Assembly: GCF_006345805.1 (NCBI RefSeq)
Contig: NC_043007.1
Location: forward strand, 62,372,001-62,436,000
Direction: 5' to 3'
DNA from: Octopus sinensis
Lineage: Eukaryota
DNA length: 64,000 nt
Shown: in pieces, positions 51,107-60,710 of the stretch
Layout: every line of letters begins with the position of its first letter
How positions within the stretch are numbered: the first letter of the stretch is position 1
Program-made: the position numbers and the translations under genes
The notes under the pieces: generated by a model
The model's database searches: none
Told to the model about the DNA's origin: nothing
Seen by the model: only the letters and a program-made list of their open reading frames with translations

Positions 51107-52099
51107 GTACTCAGAGTTTCATACTCCGTTCATTGGGCAGTTGTGATGTTTTTGCAGCTTTAGGTGCAGGAGTGGCTGTGTGGTAAGAAGCTTGCTTCCT
51201 AACCACATGGTTCCGGGTTCACTACATGGCACTTGGGCAAGTGTCTTCTACTATAACCTCAGACTAACCAAAGTCTTGTGAGTTGATTTGGTAGACAGAA
51301 ACTGAAGGTGTGTGTGTGTCTTTGTCCCTCCACCTCCACTTAAGAACCGTTGTTGGTGTATTTATATCCTTGTAACTAAGTGGTTTGGCTAAAGAGACTG
51401 CTAGAATAAATACCAGGCTTACAAAAATAAGTACTGTGGTCAATTCATTCAACTAAAAAGTCAGGGTGGTGCCCCAGTATGGCCGTGGTCTAATGGCTGA
51501 AACAGATAAAAGAATAAAAAGGTCATGTCAAAATTTGACTGTGACAAACAAATCAACTGGTGACTGCTGATGCTTGCTGCTAACAGTCAAAAAATGACCT
51601 TAGCTGGGAAAGATTACAGGAATTCAGTATCAGTATATAAGGAACAACATATTCAATTCAGTTCTTGGAATTGAGACTGGGAAAGTTTGGAAATGATGGA
51701 TATGGATTCAGGTACCGTCTTGTTAAAAACGAACTCTAAAATACTAATAAGGAAAGATAAATCTTCAATATAGTTGTATATTTAATAAAACATGCATAAA
51801 AGAAAAACTGTTCCTAAATTTTATACATACATAAAAGTACCTACTACACTCTCGAAGTGGTTGGCGTTAGGAAGGGCATCCAGCTGTAGAAACTCTGCCA
51901 GATCAAGATTGAAGCCTGGTGCAGCCATCTGGTTTGCTATCCCTCAGTCAAATCGTCCAACTCATGCTAGCATGGAAAGCGGACGTTAAACGATGATGAT
52001 GATGATGATATACATATATGCACACACATACATACACAGTGTGTGGTGAATATATTGTCTAAATTACGCAAAAATAAAAATAACACTGGCATCACTGTT

Positions 52100-52970
52100 A
52101 TTTGATGTGCAAGAGAGACGACTGAGCTGATATGGTCATGTGGCGAGAATGGATGTGGATAGCTGTGTGAAAAAGTGCCACACCTTAGCAGCTGAGGGAA
52201 CCTGTGGAAGAGGTAGATCCAGGAAGACCTGGGATGAGGTGGTGAAGCATGACCTTCAAACATTGGGCCTCAACGAAGCAATGACTAGTGAGCGGGACCT
52301 CTGGAAATATGCTGTGCTTGAGAAGACTCAGCAAGTGCAAGTGTGACCATAACCTTGTGGCCTATGCTAGGGGTGTAACCAGTCCACTTACGTGTGCCTT
52401 TTCTTCATTGGACACTAAACTCTGCTTGCGAAGACCAGTTGAAACAAGTGAAATCGAAGTCGAAATCGAACTCGATTGCAAAGACCTGTTGAGGCACATG
52501 AAATCAAAATCAAACTCGGTGACTAGCATCCGTTGCTAGTGGAGCGCTAAGAGTACCATACGAGTGAGATCGTTGCCAGAGCAACAAGCGGGCCTTTGTG
52601 CCTGGCACATTAAACACACCATTCAAGCATGATTGTTACCGCGTCGCATTATTAGCACTTGTGCTGGTGGCATGTGAAAAAAAAAACATTCAAGCGAGTT
52701 TGTCGCCAGTGCCACTGGACTGGCTCCTATGCAGCTGGTACATAAAAAGCACCATTTGAGTGTAGCTGTTGCCAGTACCACCAAATTGGCCCTCGTGCCG
52801 GTGGCACGTAAAAGCACCCACTACACTCATGGAATGGTTGGTATTAGGAAGGGCATCCAGCTGTAGAAACTCTGCCAGATCAGATTGGAGTCTGGTTCGC
52901 CAGACCTCAGTCAAATCGTCCAACCCATGCTAGCATGGAAAGCGGACATTAAATGATGATGATGATGATG
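52100..52970 (+). mobile_element. 5'-truncated RTE LINE with long 3' UTR and (GAT)n tail
   Basis: Reads QERRLS*YGHVARM...EGTCGRGRSRKTWDEVVKHDL. The tail ccatgctagcatggaaagcggac...gatgatgat is shared with short copies at about 19560-19740, 25180-25400, 26110-26300, 51835-52010, 61070-61380 and 61555-61720. Confidence 0.85.
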
Positions 52971-53018
52971 AAATAAATATATAAAGTATAACTATGGTTA
53001 TTTAAAAAGATTGAGAGA

Positions 53019-53107
53019 TCTTACAATTGTTTCATGAATATACTACCTTTCGAAATGAAATCCAAAGTTGATAATCATTATTAGTACATATATCCACTCA
53101 TCAGAGA
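53019..53107 (-). ncRNA. Type I hammerhead ribozyme motif
   Basis: The minus strand reads tct-CTGATGA-G TGGATATA...TATATTCA T-GAAAC AATT GTA-aga. Stem I is only 3 bp. Confidence 0.6.
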
Positions 53108-53648
53108 AAAGGATGAATTTCCATGTAGTAGATCAAATGATAGAGATGCTATTTAAAATTGTATGATAAAGGTGTTGCTTAAAAAGTTATTGGTATAGAT
53201 GTTTATTAGTATAAATTTGGGCTAAAAATTATGAAAAAATAATATAAATCCATGGTAAAATCATTTGTAAGAATCTGTAGTGGCTGTGTGTAGATATAAG
53301 TCTCATAATTTAATTTTCTCTTCAGTATGTAATCCATAAGTGTAACAAACTCTGAAATCTTTTTAAATAATCATAGTTATACTTTATATATTTATTAATT
53401 AATACAATATTAATTATATTATGGACTTATCACTCTTTTTACTTGTTTCAGTCATTTGACTGTGGCCAAGCTGGAGAACCGCCTTTAGTTGAATCAAATC
53501 GACCCCAGAACTTATTCTTTATAAGCCTAGTACTTATTCTATCGGTCTCTTTTGCCGAACCGCTAAGTTACGGGCACGTAAACACACCAGCATCAGTTGT
53601 CAAGCGATGTTGGAGGGATAAACACAGATACACAACATATTTAACACG

Positions 53649-53694
<46 letters not shown>

Positions 53695-54522
53695 TATATA
53701 CGATGGACTTCTTTCAGTTTTTGTCTACCAAATCCACTCACAATGCTTTGGTCAGCCTGAGGCTATAGTAGAAGACACTTGCCCAAGGTGCCACACAGTA
53801 GGACTGAACCAGGAACCATGTGGTTCGTAAGCAAGCTACTTATCACACAGCTACTCCTGCGCCTATATCATAAAAATCACAGTAGTAATTTTTATGATAT
53901 AATTTTTCCTACTTTTACTTTCTAATATATAATTGCTCTAATTGAATCTCTAAATTCGTTTAAGGTTTTAGACATTTCTCATATCAAGAGCACTTATTTG
54001 AAATCCAGTATACTTTATTCTCAAAAGATCTATTTGATTAACTATATACACACAAGTGTGTATATATATATGCATACAGATACACACAAACAAGTATGTA
54101 TCTATTCTTACATACACCTATATGTGTACATACGAGTTACAGATCAGCATACATGCACATTTATGTATGTATTTACTTATACAAGTGATATATATACACC
54201 TTTACACTTTTTAACTCATCACTCCTCAGAAGAAATTGATATAGATCCATGTTGGTCAGTTGATTCACGATTGGTTTGTGGAATTTTGAATTATTATGTT
54301 TACACTATAGCATTTCTATGGAAGTGTATTTGTTTAATGGTTTCTTAAATTGTTGTCTTAATTTACATGTGGAAATAAATGTCTGTGTGTACACACGTAC
54401 AAGCGTACATAAATTTAATCATAGATATATACATACATATACACATATATGCACATATACATACACACATATATGCATATATATATATACATATGCACAC
54501 ACATGTCTATGCATACACAAAC

Positions 54523-54567
<45 letters not shown>

Positions 54568-55437
54568 ATATAGGTACACGCCTACACCAGTACAAACATG
54601 CACATATGTACCTATACACTCAGACATACACACATGTACATATGCATGCATATACACCCATGTGTATGAATAGATGCACATACATGCATACGCATACATA
54701 CATACACATGCATACATAAATGCATACATACATGCACACACATTTACACACATACACACATGCAAGTATATATGTACACACTTACATAATTGCATACACA
54801 TATGCGTACCTGCCCACTCAAGAGTATTTGCTTATACCCCCACACACATGTGTGTATATATACGCATACAGATACACACAAACAAGTATGTGTCTATTCT
54901 TACATATACATATATGTGTACATAGTTACAGATCAACATACATGAACATTTATGTATACTAGTGATTATTTAATTCCTTATCTGTGCATATATCTGTATA
55001 AGTGTAAGGAAAAAGAAAGTATATTATTTAGTGTGTGTAAAAATTGTTATACGGGCTGGGGGATAAAAATGCAAATAATAAATAGTATCATTCAGTCTGC
55101 TATAATGAATCTATAAACAAACATGTAAAACATCTAAGGGTATATATTTTCCCTCTGAAAATATTATGCTCAGAAGTATGAACTTAATATTTAATTAATT
55201 TACAGAATACAATTGAAACAGCTGTAAGGGATAAGGTTTGATTTGTTGTTGATAATATACTCTTATTAACTTTACAATCTCCATTTTCTTCTTCCTTTAT
55301 ATGAATATAGACTACAGGTTTTTTATATACATACCTATTATTTTAAGGAAATCATTTCCTCCCAAAATATAAGGTATTGAACCAGTATTTCCTTGGATGA
55401 CACCATCTCTTCATGAGGCTAACATAACCTCTAATTG

Positions 55438-55503
<66 letters not shown>

Positions 55504-55615
55504 GGTGAGGACCGAAATCCTTCAAAGGGTTGTCAAACAACCAAGTCTGCCAGTACAGTCCAAGTAAAGAATATATATAAAAATATATACTCAATATTTG
55601 CAAAAACAGTAAATG

Positions 55616-57032
55616 AAGTATAAGGAAAGGAAAAATTGTGTAGACAAACTTTAATTCAATTCAAATCCAAGTTGGTATAGAACCAATATACATTCTACAA
55701 ATTTTTTGGGAGTCTAATTAATTCCAAAGACAAAAGCGGAAAGCTCTTCATGAAAAAAAAATTAGATTCCTTGTCAGAAATTACATACTGATATGAATAG
55801 TTACAACCTGCAAAATTTACGAAGACCTTTCATAGCCCTGACATGAATGAACAAATAAATGAAAGATAACAAGAACACCAGATATTCATAACTAGTAAAA
55901 CATATATATAAAAAATATATATATTTGTTTTATTAACATTACTATTCATGATTTATAAATATCTAGAAAAGATATAGATTTAATGAAACAAAAATTAACC
56001 AGAAAAATAATAGGGTTATCTAATCAAAAATTTTAAAATTAATAACCACAAACCAATATATTATCCACTAAAAAGTAATAAATGTCCTTATTTAAACTTA
56101 ATGATATGGTAATATCAAACAAAAATAAAATTAAAAATAAAAAGCAGATCTTTTGTTTACAAAATAGCCTTCTACAAATAAAACAGTAGAATGGCTAAAG
56201 AGAAAGAGTAGTATCAGAGAAAGGAGAGGAGAGAAAATATTAATACAGTGAAGGAGAGACGAAGAGAGTAATAGCCATGACTGAAAGAATGAGAGAAAGT
56301 AATGACCGTTTGAGAAAGAAGAACGCAGAGTGTATCTTCTGTTTTCAACATATGAATGAGAAAGGAAGGGATGAATAAAGTAAAAGACAGCCATTCAACT
56401 CTGTGTAAGTATATGTGTATACGTGTGTGTATGAAAAAGGGAATTCTGTGAATGTCTGTGTGTATATGCATGTGCATGTCTGTGTGTGTGTGAATGTGTG
56501 CATAAGTAATGAAAATGTTTCCATGCCTTCATACAACTCTGAAGATAAAAACTGACATCATACCAATTTTGTTTGAGTATGTGTATGTATGTATGTGTGA
56601 GATTGGAAAATATGTGAATGCTTGTATCTGATTGTTCTATACTTCATTTTGTATCTTGTTTAAATAACAATTAGCCATCAATTATAAACAGCATGGGGTC
56701 AGCTAATAAATAAATATAGAAATAACAAAATGGTAGTAAGATAATTAAACACAGATGAATCAAAATTAAAATAGTCACGATAACTTAAAATTAAATTTTT
56801 TAAAAAATTAAAAAGGTATTGTATATTTTGTTGGTTGTAACTATTCATACCAGTATATAATTCCTGATGAGGAATCTAATTTTTATTTCATGAAGAGTTT
56901 TTTGGATTTTTTTTCTTTGGAATTAATTAGACTCTGAAACAATTTGTAGAATGTATATTGGTTCTGTACCAACTTGGATTTGAATTGAATTAAAGTTCGT
57001 CTACACTTACAATTTTTCCTTTCCTTATACTT
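55616..57032. repeat. Inverted repeat pair (55616-55820 and 56821-57032) with about 1-kb spacer
   Basis: The arms align over about 205 bp at roughly 85% identity by eye. Each arm carries the hammerhead motif. Confidence 0.9.
56850..56961 (+). ncRNA. Type I hammerhead ribozyme motif (Penelope-type)
   Basis: Stem I is ccagtatataattc / gaatgtatattgg, the core is CTGATGA (56864-70), stem II is GGAATCTAATT / AATTAGACTCT, GAAA lies at 56936-39, stem III is ACA-ATT-TGT and the cleavage triplet is GTA (56946-48). Confidence 0.75.
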
Positions 57033-57044
57033 AATTTTATATTA

Positions 57045-57075
<31 letters not shown>

Positions 57076-57234
57076 ATTATATATATATATTTTTTTTTTT
57101 TTTCTGTGTCCCTTTCTGTAGAAGAGTGTAGGCTTGAAACGTAAAAGATTTTTTCTATTTCTGAGTATTATACTAATACATCTGTTTGTTTTGTACACCA
57201 CCTGTCTTCGTCTTGTGTTTTTTTCATAAACTCT

Positions 57235-57277
<43 letters not shown>

Positions 57278-57574
57278 CACACACACACATACATCCATAT
57301 ACACGTACATACATACATATATATTTATATATATAAGGCGGCAGAAATGTTAGCATGCCAGGCAAAATGCTTAGCGGTATTTCAAATGTCTTTATGTTCT
57401 GAGTTCAAATTCTGCTGAGGTTGACTTTGCCTGTCATCCTTTCAGGGTTGATTAAATTGGTGCCAGTTATGCACTGGGGTCAGTGTAATTGACTTAATCC
57501 CTTTGTCTGTCCTTCTTTGTCCTCTCTATGTTTAGCTCCCTGTAGGCAATAAAGAAATATATACATATATATAT

Positions 57575-58114
57575 ATTATTACATTATATAAAAGGGCTTA
57601 GTAAAATAAATTACTTTGCCGCATACTGAACTCATTAGAAATAGCAGCTAAAAAACTTTTTTAAAGCTATTTCTAATACTTAAAGAAAATCTCTCTCATA
57701 TATAGTGTTTGCTTAATTCAACTCACAAAAGTTTGGGGGTAAGGACATCGAAAAATCAAATGCTAAGGTTATTTGAGAACGTACGTTTCAAGATTAGTCA
57801 AAACAACATTTCTATCATCAGCTCAGAAATTCCTTGGTTTGGATTTGGAAACCAAGGAATTTCTGAGCTGATGATAGAAATGTTGTTTTGACTAATCTTG
57901 AAACGTACGTTCTCAAATAACCTTAGCATTTGATTTTTCGATGTCCTTACCCCCAAACTTTTGTGAGTTGAATTAAGCAAACACTATATATGAGAGAGAT
58001 TTTCTTTAAGTATTAGAAATAGCTTTAAAAAAGTTTTTTAGCTGCTATTTCTAATGAGTTCAGTATGCGGCAAAGTAATTTATTTTACTAAGCCCTTTTA
58101 TATAATGTAATAAT
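57575..58114. repeat. Perfect palindrome: 266-bp arms, 8-nt loop GGATTTGG (57841-57848)
   Basis: Arms 57575-57840 and 57849-58114 were checked base by base with no mismatch seen. The mirror-image ORFs 57709-57891 (+) and 57798-57980 (-) confirm the symmetry. Confidence 0.95.
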
Positions 58115-58383
58115 TTGAATTCGCCTTGAATGGTCCCTTTGCATACTGAACACTTGGTGAAATTGATTAATAATTAATTAATTTTGCCCTCAATTGTTGA
58201 AATACATATATATATATATATATAGTTGCAGGCATGATTGTGTGGTAAGAAGCTTGCTTCCCAATCACATGATTCTGGGTTCAGTCCCACTGCGTGGAAC
58301 CTTGGGCAAGTGTCTTCTACTATAGCCTTGGGCCAACCAAGGCCTTGTGAGTGGATTTGGTAGACAGAAACTGAAATAATCTT

Positions 58384-58421
<38 letters not shown>

Positions 58422-58949
58422 GAAAAAGTAAATGGTATAATTATCCACTTTATACAGCACACCTAGTTAGCCTTCTAATAGACCTTCAGGAGAATAAAAT
58501 TAAGAAAGAGAGAACAAAGTTCAAAGCTCAGTGTTCATATTCACTCAATCCTTTTCAAATTGTCGGAATACTTTAGAAAATACATAGGTGCATTCGTATA
58601 CACTAGGTATAGTAAAAATTCATAAGAATTTATAAATATATAAATACATAAATGTACTTGCTAAGTTGAATGTCTGTATTAAAATCAATGAGGAAGGTAG
58701 ATGAGAAAGTTAGCATAAAATGATTTTAAGAGGAATCCTGAATAAGTGCAAAGTCTGATGGCCGTTTTGGGAAGATATAGGTTGATATGGGCAAGCTAAC
58801 TCCAGCCATAGCAATCATCTATACTTCTCTCATCAGAGTTAAAAGATTAAAAGAGTTATTAAAATTTTAAAATTTTAAGAGACACGAAAGATTTGGGAAT
58901 TTTAAAAAAACAAATGCTGTGTCGGATCATACTGTTCATGTGGATGATA

Positions 58950-60710
58950 TATTTAGAATTAAAGTTACAAGTTAAGATAAATTATGACGTTATATATTAT
59001 AGTATTTTAAAATGAATTCAAATATATGAAGGGTAACTAGGTTAAAATCCTATGGCTAATTATTTTTGGGTAAAAATTTAAAAGTTGATAAATATTTATC
59101 TTTGCAAATAATAATGACATCCGATATCTTATTAAGTAAACTTTTTTGTCGGCACAATCTAGACTGAATCCCTTTTTGCACATTTTAAATTTATTAATGT
59201 GGGTAGCTAGTGTGGTTGAATCTTTTGTTTCATGATTGATAAATGAATTTATGTGTACTCTATATCTAATCTTAAAATCAATCGTACTTACTATGTATAT
59301 CTTTTTAGGTTCATTAAGGGTTGAAACCTCAACTTTATATATGACATTTCTCCTTAAACAGAATCCTTTTAAGGGACATAACTCCCTATTACGGCAGTTA
59401 CATGTTACATTTCCATGCTTAGCCTTTCTATTTTTAATATCAGGGTTCTTATTATTATTCTTCATGTTAAGGTCAGCTATATTATCATCTCTATTAATAC
59501 TATTATTTCTAAGTTTAAGTCTATTGTTGGCCATGATTCTAGATTCCAGATTGGGTGTTGTTGAGTACAATAATTTAAGGCAGGACCTATTAAATATGGA
59601 ATGATATTTATGGCCTAATGAGAAATTCCTATTGATAATCCTAAAAAATAATTTAGGGAGGTTTCTGACCTGGAGGGAAAAAGGAGGTGTTAACCATATA
59701 ATTTCCCGTCTCCTCCCCGAGTTGTACTTATTCTGCACAGTATAATTATTGTTATTATAATTAAATAAATTATAGTATCTTATAAAATGTTGTTGGTTCC
59801 TATATTCAGTGGGGTTGTTTGTGGGAGGCATGTTGATGTTTAAATTTGCAATATTTGGAAAACGTTTGCCTAATTCATTTTTAAATATTGTGTTCTTAAT
59901 ATAATATATCTTCCTATTGAATCCACTGTCTTTCAATACTGTATTATAAAAGGGTGCAAAATCATCAAAAATCTTTTTGTTTGCAGATAAGTTAGAGATT
60001 CTTATTGACACACCTTTGATTATCCCCTTAATGACACTTTGGAGATGATTTGATACGGCATGGATATACTTAATAGTTTTATTAGGTTTATGGTAAGGAT
60101 AGAATAAGCCGTTATCTAAATTTAATGTTACGTCCAATATGTTAACACATTTAGTGACATTTTCAAATATGATATTTAAGTTATATAACTACTAATTACT
60201 CTTTTCCTTATCCTATCAGTTGCTTGTGTAGAGGAGCCGAATGTAGTGAATAAGGCATTCTCTCTGTACAGACCTCTGCTGATATTGGGAATTTTTTTTT
60301 TTTTTTTGAAAGTAAGAATAGGCCAACAATATATGTGATTTGGGCAGAGTCCATGCTTCCCATTGTAACATCAAAGTCATCATGAAGGTCACATTGGGTC
60401 CAAGTCCTATTTCTGAAGGATATCAGTGTTTTCCTTGCAGTAAAAATAATATTTTTCTCTAATGGTGTAATACCAGTAAAATTCTCCAAAGTGAGTTTTC
60501 CATTTATTATTCAATGAGCAGAACCAAGTTATGATATCTCCTGTGGATATCCAAAGTGGGAGATTCGTGTTTCTTTTAACACAAGGGATAATTCTAACAA
60601 TGATAGACTTACTAATTCTGCCCAAGTCAGATTATGCAGATGATAGCATTAAGGTTACAAGTTAAGATAAATTATGATGCTATATATTATAGTATTTTAA
60701 GATGAATCCA
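58950..60710 (-). mobile_element. Decayed Penelope-like element (RT plus GIY-YIG endonuclease), 5'-truncated
   Basis: Frameshifted pieces are GRISKSII...W.ST..ITWF, FDVTMGSMDSAQ...VGLFLL, LYREN (for YRDD), DVTLNL...YPYHKPN...YIH..SNH, IIWLTPPFS and CNCR...CPLKGFCL..NVIYK...KIYIVST. These motifs are characteristic of Penelope-like elements. Confidence 0.9.
59037..60137 (-). pseudogene. Penelope-like ORF remnant (RT thumb, Cys-rich linker, GIY-YIG domain)
   Basis: A 366-aa open stretch. The GIY-YIG Gly is replaced (YIVST), and the C-terminus appears frameshifted. Confidence 0.8.

Noticed and set aside
53998-54962. Stack of overlapping H/T/Y/I-rich ORFs
   Set aside because: These are (CA)n/(TA)n-derived artefacts.
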